A model generated the notes under the pieces. The model was not told where the DNA came from. It saw only the letters and a list, made by a program, of their open reading frames with translations, and did no database searches. From NCBI RefSeq assembly GCF_009914755.1, contig NC_060934.1: 64,000 nt of DNA; one strand, given 5' to 3'. Within the stretch, counting starts at the first letter, position 1. Each line of letters begins with the position of its first letter. Position numbers and translations under genes: made by a program. This document shows, one piece after another, positions 1 to 13,157 of this stretch. This DNA is from the human T2T-CHM13v2.0 reference genome, Homo sapiens.

Positions 1-1099
1 ATACACCCTGAAGTGTGCACAGTATTCTTCCCTTCAAAGTTCCTGAAGACTACTAGTCCCGGAGTTTGAGAGGCATTATAGTCTAGTAATAACTAATCGA
101 TAATGTAGTACCCCTTGACCAAAATATTCAAGCAGTCAGATACGATGATTGGATATTCCAAATCGATACAGCAATCCTTAAAACTCAGTGAGTCTGTGTT
201 GTCTATAATGTGCTAGTTCCAGCACACTGAAAGCTTCCTCTGCAAAACCCAGACAACGGGGGCATTGTAATTGCCAAGAGTACCGTGCTAACGATACCTG
301 TTATTTCTTGGGATCCCCATTCTATCAAGTTTAGTGACAACAGTTCGATCACCCAACAGGCTCCAGTGTGGTATAGAATCAGATGGAGGGAAGGTTGTCG
401 GGGGGAGGCAAAACAGTGAAAAAGTTCCCCTTCTACAAGATTCCTGGTCAAATAGCCAGTGGCTACCACATTCCTCAGAATAACCAAGTGTCTGTGTATA
501 AGCTTTCTCCTAGCAAATTTACACACTTGTGTTATCTCACGTGTTCCTAGTGCTGTGGGAACAACCATTAGGGAGGCCAGAGGCTGCTGTACCTCCCTTT
601 TACACAAAAAAGAAAACTGAGGCAGCAACTGGTTATCTTATAAATGTGTCCACGATGACTTGGTCACTTGTGGGATCCCAACGGCCAGGACATAGGATTC
701 CTATTCTCTGAGAGGAAGCTTCCATCCCCTACTTAACATGTCAAACTCCAAGGCTGAGAGGGGGAAGAAAAGGAATCTAAGTCCCTTTATCACGGAAGAA
801 AAAAAGGGACTCTCCATTTGGACTTTCCGCCCCTTCTAAGGCCTCGCTCCCAGGCTCGGAGACGCGCCCCGCCCCAGGGGAAAAGGTGCTGGCCCGGCCC
901 CACGGGGCGCGGCCTCGCCTCCCGCACCCCAGGTCCCTACCGCCCAGCAGGGCGCGCTGCCACTCTGAGCAGACACCTGTCCCTTCGCCACAATCGGCGA
1001 CTCCCCAAGGAACTGACGCCCCCAGAGCCACCACCACCGCCGGGACTGCCAGCTGCCAGCGGGCCCCGCAAGCCCTAGGAGCTGCAGGAATCCTCGTAA

Positions 1100-1105
1100 A
1101 CTTAC
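1100..1105 (-). other. Candidate 5' splice donor of a non-coding first exon
   Basis: Minus strand reads ...GGAAAACT|GTAAGT just downstream of the CRE. Confidence 0.4.
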
Positions 1106-1136
1106 AGTTTTCCTACAGCGTGCGCGTCACAGCGGG

Positions 1137-1146
1137 GTGACGTCAC
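1137..1146. promoter_or_regulatory. Full CRE/ATF palindrome
   Basis: GTGACGTCAC, with a half-site GCGTCAC at 1124-1130. Confidence 0.75.
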
Positions 1147-1295
1147 GGGCCCAGCAGTCGGGGAGGTCAAGCCACGGGGCGCGGGCCGCTGGGCCCCCAG
1201 GCTCCGCCCTCGCCCCGCCCCGGCGCCGCGGCGGGAGACACGCCCCCGAGCTCCACGCCCTCGAGCTCCACGCACCTCCCCGTAGCAGACACCCC

Positions 1296-1306
1296 GCGCA
1301 GGCGCA
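1296..1306. promoter_or_regulatory. NRF1-type site
   Basis: GCGCAGGCGCA (TGCGCCTGCGC on minus) inside the CpG island. Confidence 0.6.
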
Positions 1307-1929
1307 GACGGCCTCTGCGCCCGCATGCCTGTGGGCTTCGCCGACCGGGGCGCCTGCGGCGGCGACTGCTCTACCAAAGCCTCACTCAAAGCCTGAAGTC
1401 GGGGTTAGAGGAGGAGGAGGGGCCGACAAAAGGGGACGGAGACCTTCAGAAATACTGTAAACAAGCTGTCGCCCTGGGGGCTGGAGTAAGACGCCTGGGT
1501 TGTGAGGTAGTTTTTCCACAGACATTGCCCGCCTTCCTCACGTGTTCGTTAAAAGTTCTCCACGTGTGGAAACAGCCATTTGCTCTCCATCAGGTGCTGG
1601 CGGGTCCTCAGCCCTGAAAAGACAGCTCTCCCAGGGTCCCTCGCTCCTCCCCGGCTCGACGCGGCTCCCGCTAGACTCCGCCCAGACCCCGAGCAGTCCC
1701 CGCCCATCTCTTGACTATGCCCCTCCCACGCCCACTTAGGCCTTGCCCCTGGGTCCCGCCCTTCCGGCTCCCGCCCCTGGCTCCCGGCTCCCGCGGGCCC
1801 CCACCTGCCCTTCTTGCCCTGGCGCCGCCTCCAGCCCAGCCCGTTTCTTGCAGATTTTAGCTTCTCCCTTGCCTGCCGCCTTTCCCGTTTCGGCTCGGTG
1901 AAGCTACCTATGGGTTGCTGTTCATTTAA

Positions 1930-2343
<414 letters not shown>

Positions 2344-5300
2344 TCTTTGCTCTTTTATACTCTCAGAAGCAATGAGTTCTGGTTAAAAAAAAGGGCTCGA
2401 TAGACGGAAAAAATGAAGGCTTAAAGAACTGACAACAAAATATTAACATTTGGCTTGTGGAATTCTTACACTCTCGTAAGCAGAAAAAACAAATGTTATG
2501 GCAAAAAAGTGTCTCAGACAAATCCGTCTTGGGGGGAAAAAAATTAAAAGAATGAGAAAAACAGACTTCGGAATAAATAGACCCAAAGGAGGAAGTATTG
2601 AAAATGGCAAGATTCACTTTTACAAACTTATTTGGAACCACGGCAGATGGCCAGGGCAGGGATTTTGCAAGGCAGCTCCAGTTGTAAGTAAAACCTGAAA
2701 CAATGGTTTATTTCCACTCTCATTGAAAGTGCTGTCTTATTTTTACAGGAAAGAGTGATGATGGGAATATTAGGCTTTAATTCGAGATCTGAGCTGGTTA
2801 AAAATAAAAACGTTTATTATTCCAGAAAAATCTACGTCAGTGTTTTTAAATGTTCTGATTTGAAAAAATATTTGTATATTTTATCTGAATATTAGTTATT
2901 ATCAAATGATGTAAAAGAAATTTGTAAAGGCTGTACCATAATTGTAACAATAAGGTTTTTCTGTAGAGCAGAGGTATAGAAAAATTAACATTTTTTAAAG
3001 TCCTGCATATTTTTAAAACAGTGATATTTATGTTTTTCCTTGCAAAACAATTTTAAGAAACCTTTAAATTGTTAATAGTTTACATGCTTATAAAATGTTT
3101 TATATATATCATTTCTAAAAATCGTAATTTTTTTAAGTGAGTTTCTAGGTATACCTTATGGGAGTGTTTCACAGGTACATGTCATCTGTTATTTTTTGGA
3201 GTGGAAATGGGTAAGAAGCATACACCAAATGTATCAAATGTTTTTACTATAGATACTTTTGCCTCTGAAAGATGGCATTGTAGAATATAGTCTTCTCATC
3301 GTATTGTTCAGTATACTTTCTCTTGAAATCTCAGGTATTCAAAAAAAAAAGTCGTTGTTTTGCTAGATGCAGGAAAAAAGTAAACGCAGTGAACAAAAGA
3401 TGGCCAACAGTAAAGGTACCCAAGCAAGGATCACAGTCTCAAGGAATGTCAAGTAGAAATTTGTGGGAAAATACCACTCACGTTCAGTCAACTTTCTGTA
3501 ACAAACTGGAATTTGACCTAGACAGGAAGTGAGAAGCTAGGGCCAAAAGTGTTGTTATTAAAGAGAGGATCTGCTTTTTTAAAGAAAATAAAACCCTGGA
3601 CCTTGGAGGTTTAGCACTGGAAGCACTGAGGCCCTCCACTATGGCCCTTGGGCTTTCAGTTCCCCCTTGTGATTCTTTCTCTTTGATATCTGCTGCCCAT
3701 AGCAATCTGGCTTCCAGAGCCCTCTATGTCAATACACACATCTCTTCCCTTGGTCCTGCTTAGCAAGCTAAGAAAAGCTGAATTAAGACAAAACAGAGTA
3801 CTTAATGTATGGGGAAAATAAAAGTGAAAGAAATATAATTCCTAATATTTCCTGAGTATTGATTCTGTGCCAAGCATTGCATTATTTCCTTGAATTCTTG
3901 CAACTAGATAAGAACTGTTACTATCCCCATTTTAAACACAAGGTAAGTAGGTTAAGTGCCCATGTCACACAGCTGCTGAGTAACACAGTCAAGATTCCAG
4001 ACTTCATACTTCAGAACCCACAGCCATAACCACTAATCTGTCTCAAGTTTCATACAACCAGGCACAAATTATGCAAGAAACAGAGGGACTTAGGAAGTCC
4101 AAAATATGGACTTAGCTCTAAAATACTGACCACAGTGTATGGGTATCTTCTTCACTGTTTTCCATCCCATCTTTGCATGACTGCTTTTATTTGATTTTTT
4201 AAGGTGGTCATCATGACCCAGTAAGTTGATTTTGTGATCGGTTAAAGGGTAGCTACTCAGAAAAACACTAATCAGAATCCAAAATACAAAATATCAGATT
4301 GTATCACATGTAATAAGGGTATTTTTTTCCCAACACAAATTAGGGGAAACTTTCAGCCACATGTGTGTATTCTGGGTTGCAACGTTAAATGTATTTCATA
4401 CTATGGATTTCAATCAAAAAAAATTTGAAAAACACTATTATAACCACGCCTTGCCTAACTAACATGCATCATTTATCCTTCAGGATCAAGACCAAGGGAA
4501 ACAAAATCCCATTCTGCAATCCCCTTACATTCCTCTCTTAAGTCCCAGGATCTGGTTTGATGATCTCTTCCCAGGTAATTGACATAAAAATCAGGTCACT
4601 CCTGATTAGAGATAGGCCCTTGTCTCCAACTCAAACCCAAGAATATACTAATAACAACAAAATAACCATCTATAAAACAAGAGTTACACAGGTTAAAAGG
4701 GGGCTTATTCTGCCAAAGGAGCAGAGATAGAGACTTTGCTGGAAGAAGACCTGGGACAGAGATTGGAGAGCTCTGGAGGGATGTCTGTTTAATAACAGTC
4801 TTACAAGTCTGCAGTTACACAGTTTGCACAGTATTTCATCTCATTTTATCACCTCCCTTCCCTCATCATTTTACTTAGCTAATTCTCCCCAATCCTTTAG
4901 GTCTCTACTTTGCAGGAACTGACTCTGAGAAGCCTTCCCTAAGCAGCTTTGGCTCTCTGCATTGCAAATTATTTTAATTGCTTCTTCTCCTAGACTGTAA
5001 GCTCTGTGAGAATAGGGGAAATGTGAGTCTTAACCTCGAATCCTCTACATGTAGTATCCCAAATAGATTATCAGTTAATATGTGTAGAGGAATGCGTGGT
5101 GAATGGATGGATGAACTCGAATTCAAAGACTGGGTAGCTTTCTTACTCAAGATGCTAGTTATTTTCTAAAAAGGGGATACTGTCAATAGAAATAATTCTG
5201 ATGAGAAAATTCCTTTAGGAGACAAGTCATTTTGAATGGCAATGCAGCATAACATAGTAAAGCACTGAACAGGGCCAGCTCTGTTATTAACTGGGTACTT

Positions 5301-5360
5301 TATGGCAAGTCCAGTAACTTCTGCAAGCCTCAAATGGGGTTAGACTTACTAAATATTACT

Positions 5361-5642
5361 TATTTATTTTTGAGACAGGCTCTTGCCCAGGCTGGAGTAC
5401 AATGGAAAGACCATAGCTCACTATAACCTTGAACTCCTAGGCTCAAGGGATTCTCCCACCTCAACCTCCTGAGTAGCTGGGACTGCAGGCATGCACAACC
5501 ACATCTGGTTATTTTTACTTTTCATAGAGATGACATCTGGCTGTGTTTCCCAGACTGGTCTCGAACTCCTAGCCTCAAGCAATCCTCTCGCCTGGGCCTC
5601 CCAGAGTGCTGGGATTACAGGCATGAGTCACTGCTCTGGGCC
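5361..5642 (-). mobile_element. AluJ
   Basis: Diverged Alu reverse complement; TSD ACTAAAT(A/G)TTA. Confidence 0.9.
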
Positions 5643-6029
5643 TCACTAAATGTTATCCTTGATGAATGTCCTAACAGGATGTTATCCCTCTGGTAACTCG
5701 GAAATCAGAGCAGGCCACCTGGAGCCTTATTTACATGAGGTCTCCTGAAAGACACTGACAGCCACTGGGGGATAGCAATTAATTCTCTTAAACAAAGGAT
5801 GTTAGACAAAGGCTGTCCCCAACAAGAAGGGGTGGAGGGAAGCGAGGAGGGAAATGGAAAGACAAGGAACCTGTGTCCTTGTTCTGAGAAGCCCAGTTCT
5901 TGATTTGAGTACAGGGCCTGGAGCATGCTTCTGACTGTAAAACGGAAAGAACCAAACTGTCCTTGTGCGTGTATTGGGATTGGAGAACAGGGAAGAAGGT
6001 ACAGGAGAAAAGATACCAAAAAGATTTCT

Positions 6030-6319
6030 GGCCAGGCACGGTGATCATGCCTGTAATCCCAGCACTTTGAGAGTCCTAGGCAGGCAGATAGCTTGAGACC
6101 GGGAGTTCAAGACCAGCCTGGGCAAACCCCATCTCTACAAAAAATACAAAAATTAGCCGGGCATGATGGTGTGCACCTGTGGTTCCAGTTACTTGGAAGG
6201 TGGAGGCAGGAGGATCACTTGAACCTAGGAAGGTTGAAGTTGCAGTGAGCCATAATTATGCCACTGCACTCCAGCCTGGGTGACAGAGTGACACTTTGTC
6301 TCAAAAAAAAAAAAAAAAA
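6030..6319 (+). mobile_element. Alu (J-like)
   Basis: GGCCAGGCACGGTG...poly-A; TSD AAAAGATTT. Confidence 0.93.
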
Positions 6320-6554
6320 GATTTTTAATTCCTCAAGGGAAAAAAACCTCGCCAACTACATCAAGACATCATAGCAGACAGGCAGAATGTTCCAGAAACA
6401 GTCCTTTAGGCATTCTGTTCTTCCCTGGAATCTGCTTGCTTTCTTAGCCCTTGGCGAAGGTCTACTGATTCTTGGAGTTCAAATTCTATCATTAATTACC
6501 TCTGCTGATAACAGCCAGCCTTTACTAAACTGGTACTAGATCTAAGACGTCACA

Positions 6555-6655
6555 GAGCACTCCATATGAAATCTTTTAATCTTCACAACTCTATGAGGTA
6601 GCTACTATTATTATCTTATTTTGCATATGAGGGAAAAAAGTGAGACCCAAAGCCA
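6555..6655 (-). mobile_element. MIR fragment
   Basis: Core-like TTTAATCTTCACAACTCTATGAGGTAG...TTTTGCATATGAGG. Confidence 0.55.
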
Positions 6656-6663
6656 TGGGTCAC

Positions 6664-7408
6664 TGCTGTGGACTGAATGGTGTCTCTTCTGCCCCCAACC
6701 CCCCAGTTTGTGTGTTGAAGTCCTAACTCCCAGTGTGACTGGATTTGGAGACAGAGTTTTTAGAAGGTCCTATGCTTTAGATATTGGTGTCCCCTCCCAA
6801 ATGTGTGTTGAAACTCAATAACCAATGTAATAGCATTAAGAGGAGCCACCTTTAGGAGATGATTAAGTCATGAGGGTGGAGCCCTTGTGAATGGGATTAG
6901 GTGCCTTATCAAAAGGCATGATAGAGGGAGTTCATCCTTTCTTGTCTGCCATGTGAGGACACAGTGTTTCTCCCCTCTGGAGGATGCAACATCATGGCAC
7001 CATCTTGGAAGCAGAGAGCAGCCCTCACCAGACAAGGCAGTCTGCTGCTGCCTTGATCTTAGACTTCCCAGCCTCCAGAACTGTGTCTAAGTAAATTTGT
7101 TTATAAATTACCTATAGTATTTTATTATAGTAAGACAAATGAACTAAGGAGGTGAGATTAAATAAGGTCATAAGGACGAGGCCCTAATCCAATAGGATTG
7201 GTGTTCTTATAAGAAAAAGAGGAAGCAGAGTTCTCTCTCGCCACAATGTGAGGACACAGTGAGAAGGCACTCATCTGCAAGCCAGGAAGAAGGCCTTCAG
7301 CAAGGAACCAAATCTGCAAGATCTTGATTGATATTGAACTTTTCAGCCTCTAGAACTGTAAGAAAATAAATTCCATTGTTTAAGCCTCAGCCCAAGCGTA
7401 CTAAGATA
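6664..7408 (+). mobile_element. MLT1-type MaLR LTR interrupted by an MST-type LTR (~6768-7149)
   Basis: MLT1-like start TGCTGTGGACTGAAT..., then an MSTC/D-like body (GCAGAGAGCAGCCCTCACCAGAC), then MLT1 resumes (CCCTAATCCAATAGGATTGGTG...). Confidence 0.7.
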
Positions 7409-8159
7409 GTTACATTGCTTAAAGTAATCTGACTCCCCCTTACAAACTTTACTGTATCTCCCTGCTTTGCCCAGGTGGTCAGATCATTTCTTCTCCCTGT
7501 TCTTCAACACAACTTCTCCTATAACGCATACAGTATTTCTTCACTTAAACACACTTATTTTTTTAACATTGAAGTATCTCTGAAATTAGAATTCATCTTG
7601 AAATTGAAGAATATCATAGTTTAATTTTAGGAGGTAAAAAAAACTAATGGTTTCTTATAATTGGTAGCACCTTAGATTGAGTAACACATATTATAATTGT
7701 TTATGCTTCTTTTGCCCCCCCTCAGCTATGAATCCTTTGAAGACAGACACCGATTTACTCAACTTTGTGTTCTTAATACCAAGCACAGTTTCTGGCACAA
7801 TAAAAAGGAATTTTACAAATTTCTTTAATCCAGTTGAAGAAGGAAGGTCATCCACCCAATGGGGTGATGGGTGGGTAGAATCTAGGAGTCAAAAGTCATT
7901 ACTGTTGTCGCCAAAACTCATGGATGTCCCCAAGACCTTAATGGCCTGTGAAAACAAAGTCACAACTTCTCTGAAGTTTATCCCAGTTAAGTTCTATCTG
8001 CCTCTAAAGGCCTGTAATTTCTCCCCTTGGCAATTAATTCAGCAGGTTCCTTCTCTGCTTGACAAATTGTCATTTATTTTCCATCCTTCATGTTTGGTTC
8101 AGGCCATTTTTAATCCATTAAGGCAGTTATATTAATGACAAAGTAAAATTTTAAAATCT

Positions 8160-8855
8160 GATTTTGCAAACTCAAGTCTAATTGCATTTAGAGTTTAAGT
8201 GGAAGGTGGCACTCAGCTCTCAGAGGTGTTTGGTCTGATTCATATTGTGTTTTTTAAATTTTGAAATGAATATCAGAAAACACATTTAAAAAGCAAGTTG
8301 TATTAGTACATTTTCAGGATGCTATAAAGAACTGCCTGAGACTGGGTAATGTATAAAGGAAAGAGGCTTAATTGACTCACAGTTCTGCATGGCTGGGGAG
8401 GCCTCAGAAAACTTACAGTCATGGCAGAAAGAGAAGGGGAAGCAAGAACCTTCTTCATAAGCAGCAGGAAGAAGTGCTGAACGAAGGGGAAGAGCCCTTT
8501 ATAAAACCATCAGATCTCGTGAGAACTCACCCACTATCAGGAGGACAGCATGAGGGAAACTGTCCCCATGATTCCATTACCTCTACCTGGTCTCTCCCTT
8601 GACACATGGGGATTATAATTCAAGATAAGATTTGGGTAGGAACACAAAACCTAACCATATCACAAGTATTTTGGCTTTTTCTGAAAAATCAGAAGCTCTG
8701 ACAGTGTTGTTCCCCCACTCACTCAGGGCATTTATTATTGGAATGAGGCTGCCTGGTTCAAAGGCACAGATGTTCCACATTTTCCTGTAACCCCAACTGG
8801 GTATTATTTAACCTATCTGCCTGGCTCCTGAAGGCCCTTGAGTTTATGATGACTC
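8160..8855. mobile_element. MER102-like hAT MITE, split by THE1
   Basis: Ends GCAAACTCAA... and ...TTGAGTTTA; internal GAAAAATCAGAAGCTCTGACA. Confidence 0.45.
8299..8662 (-). mobile_element. THE1D-like MaLR solo LTR
   Basis: TGTATTAGT...CCATATCA termini; perfect 5-bp TSD CAAGT. Confidence 0.9.
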
Positions 8856-9833
8856 TTAAGTGAAGAGCTTGATCATTTAAGCCTCCAGCTTAAGAATGAT
8901 CATAAAACCTGCAAAATGAACAGCTTTGCCCAGAAATTCATTAATGTTGTACATGAATTCATGATTTTTAATAGTTACATTTGCCCCTATGAATAGATTT
9001 TTCACAATTTTTATATCTATCTTCTGGAGAAGGAACTTTTTGTGCATTAGGAATTACCTGTTAAGGTGTCAACTTTTGCTATTTAAACAAAAGAGAAAAA
9101 TACTTAATAAAGTTGAAGTGTAAAATAGGAAATTGGGTTTCCAGTGTGGCCCTGCATGTATAATGTTGTGTTGATGGCACTCACAGAACACACAGTCCTA
9201 CCTAGCTAAGAGTCCCATGTGTTTCTTTCCCTGGGGCCCTCTCTTCTCACATAACACATGAGAGAAGGGAGGTGAATGTTTGTTAGCTATCATGTTCACA
9301 TTTTATTTTATGCCACAAATGGTAATAGCAGTCACTTTCTGATTACATTTAAAACTGAACTCCAAGGCTGCACAGAATGTGGGTATCTAATTCTTCTGTT
9401 ATTATGGTGAGAGTCTCTTGCCTAGTCATACAATATGTGCTACTATTGGTATTATTAATGTTAGTTGGGATAACTTCTTAGTGAATGAGAGAACACTAAG
9501 ACAACAGGCCTAAACAAGATGATTCAAGCTTATTTTATTTAAGAATGTCTGGATATAGGTGGTCCAGGATCAGTTTGCCCAGGGTGAGGCCTGGGCCTCA
9601 GGCTCCTTCCATCCTGTTGCTTGGTCATGCATGATCTACATTCCCAAAATCACCAGGATTTCAGCCTAGCTCTGGTGATCCCCCAGCCTGTAGGAAGGAG
9701 AAGGGTCAGAAGATTCTGCCCTTGAACTCCTTAAATTCTACCTGCTCCAAGAATCCTTTCTCAGCTAGTTGAGAGATTAGATTGGTAATTTCTCTTAAGA
9801 ATTAACTAGAAACTTACTTTTAGTAGAGTTTAG

Positions 9834-10055
9834 GCTGGATGTGGTGGCTCACACATGTAATCCTAGGACTTTGGGCGGCTGAGGGAGGTGGATTATTTGA
9901 GGTCAGGAGTTCGAGACCAGCCTGGCCAACATGGTGAAACCCCGTCTCTACTCAAAATATAAAAATTAGCCATGTGTGGTGGCGTGTGCCTGTAATCCCA
10001 GCTACTCAGGAGGCTGAGGCAGGAGAATTGCTTAAGCCCAGGAGGTGGAGGTTGT
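9834..10055 (+). mobile_element. AluS, 3'-truncated (no tail)
   Basis: Alu consensus until GGAGGTTG, then abrupt non-Alu sequence. Confidence 0.9.
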
Positions 10056-10180
10056 TAACAAGATTGTAAGGTGGAGATTCTAGATATAAAAACAGTAAAT
10101 TAGGGCTACCTGACAAACTTTAAAAGCATTTCTCAGGTGCTGCTGTTGGTCCAGGATCCATACTTGAAGAACCATTGCAT

Positions 10181-10351
10181 GTCTGGGTGCAGTGGCTCAT
10201 GCCCATAATCCCAGCACATTGGAAGGCTAAGGTAGGAGGATCACTTGAGGCCAGGAATTGGAGACCAGCATAGCCAATGTAGCCAGATCTCCTCTCTAGA
10301 AAAATAATTTGTTAAAAATTAGCGACAGAGTGAGACCCTGTCTCAAAAAAA
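10181..10351 (+). mobile_element. AluJ with most of the right arm deleted
   Basis: Left monomer joined directly to GCGACAGAGTGAGACCCTGTCTC-A tail. Confidence 0.8.
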
Positions 10352-12287
10352 TGAGTTACCAGTGGGTTCACACACACTGCAGGTTTTGTCAATGACTCAC
10401 TTGTATACAGAACCATAAGAAGTATGTGTGCCCAGGAGAGCTGGACTTCAGAAAGCCCAGGTTAGGATTCTGGACAGACAATCCTGAGGCCAGATCTGAC
10501 TCAGAGGCATGAGACTTCAGGTCTGTGAATGGACTACATGGGCCTGTGGGCTAGGATGACCAGGCGTGGCAGCCACCAGCACCAAAGACCAGAGGCTCTT
10601 CCCCATTGTTTATGGGTTTGTATACAACCCCAAGGACGGGGAATGGGAACCAGGAAAAAAAAAAAACATATATATTGCATGGCAGCCCAGTGTTTCTTCT
10701 TCCCTCCCTGCTTCTCTTCGCTTCCTTACAGATATTGTCCCCAAAATTATTCCCCATATGAATTCCGGCATGCAAATCACAGAGTTTCAGAGACCGTTTC
10801 TTAGGGAGTCTGACCTGCTGTAATCTTAAAGCTGGTTATGTCATTTCTCCGCTTAAAACCCTTTGCGAACAGACTAAAGTATTAAGTCCTTAATTTGGCA
10901 CAGAAAGTTTGGCTCCAATCCTTCTCTCTCTCTCCTCAGCTTCCTCTGTCACCATGACTCTGTCCTTCAGGCAACCTCATATCTGCATCCCCAAATCCCT
11001 GATCCCCATTTCTTTGCATATGGTCTTCTGTCTGCCAAGGATAAATTTCCCACCTTCTGCTTATCCTTCTGTTCTTTCTTAAAGGCTTGAATCAGGTGTC
11101 ACCTGCTCTGGGAGGTCTTCTCATTTTTCCCCATAGCACCATACAACTCTTTGTATAATTTGTAATACCATCTAAAATTGAAACTTATTTATGTACCTGA
11201 CCCTCCTACTAAGCCATGAGTGCCTCTAGGTAGAGTTTATATCGTTGGCCCTATGCTCTCTTCTGTGCATTGTAGATTCTCAATATAATTTTGGTGAATG
11301 AATGAATAAATGCATGAATAATGAATGAATAAACACCAGGATAAGCTGGACACTGTTAAAAGTATTAAACATTTGGAAATTTGTGCCGTACTTAGTTCCT
11401 GGTATCTTATATCTAGAATACCATGTATCTTCTTTTAGAGTCTATTTTTAAAAAATCTTTGAGATGATGGACTACCATGTTGACCAGCAGCAAATCTAAG
11501 TATACATTTCAAGACAAAATGAAATCCAAACCCCAGATCTTTAAAGCTAGTTCTGTTTATAAAACACAGGGAATGGAAAGGGCTAGGTGTGGAAACATGA
11601 ATGATTTCAGAAAAAATAAGAGAAAGACCTGATTAAATTGGGTTGGCTGGTGAGAGACTGGAAATTTTCTTTCCATTCCCAAGAGGCTTATTTTTTTATC
11701 TTTCTTTTTCACACCGTAAAGTGTCAAATTAAATTGCAAAATTAATTCTCATCACTAAGGAAGGGATTCTAAATGTATTAATTAAGGATTACTGGGCATT
11801 TTAATTTTATTCATCAGAATGAAAACTTTTAAGTAATTAGAATTATTTTTTCACTTCTCCATATTTATTTTATTATGCAGTATTACAATTTACCATCCAT
11901 ACTTTATACTCTAGGTTCCAAAGCCTTGGATGACTATTTTAAAATAAAAGTTGTGTATATTAATATCTTTGATTTTGTGAATTACGATACTGGAGTTCCC
12001 TTGAGAAATTATGTTCTTTTTTCTTCAAAGATAAGGTCCTTAACAGGATGAGATCTTATCTTGCATGAAACCATGAATTCACTGTGGAGAAGAATGATTT
12101 GGATTTCACTCTGGTAGAACATGAAGTACCTTTTGAATCTTTTACTGTCTCAGTGATTTATCTTATGCATGAACGTAATCTTTAGCATCTTTCAAAACAG
12201 ATTGCTCTCTCTTTATAGAAATTGAACAGTTGTTCCAGAAGGAACTCTAATGGGAAGAAACAAAATTATTTCTTTCTGATAAGGTAA

Positions 12288-12681
<394 letters not shown>

Positions 12682-12814
12682 CATATTTTCATATATTTTA
12701 AGACAGTGAAGTGGTCATTGAAAAAGTTCAAAATTATACTTTCTTTACAAATGAATGTTGACAAGACTGTAAATTCCAAATTGTGAAAATTTAATCTGAA
12801 AAACAAAATTATAA

Positions 12815-13157
<343 letters not shown>

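Larger units (their letters stand above)
830..1900 (-). promoter_or_regulatory. CpG-island promoter of a housekeeping-type gene, probably transcribed on the minus strand (gene not identified)
   Basis: Very GC/CpG-rich and not repeat-derived. Contains GTGACGTCAC (1137-1146), GCGCAGGCGCA (1296-1306), GC boxes (1200-1221, ~1678, ~1756), CACGTG (1539, 1561) and CTTCCGG (1761). Plus strand is C-rich. Strand is inferred. Confidence 0.85.
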
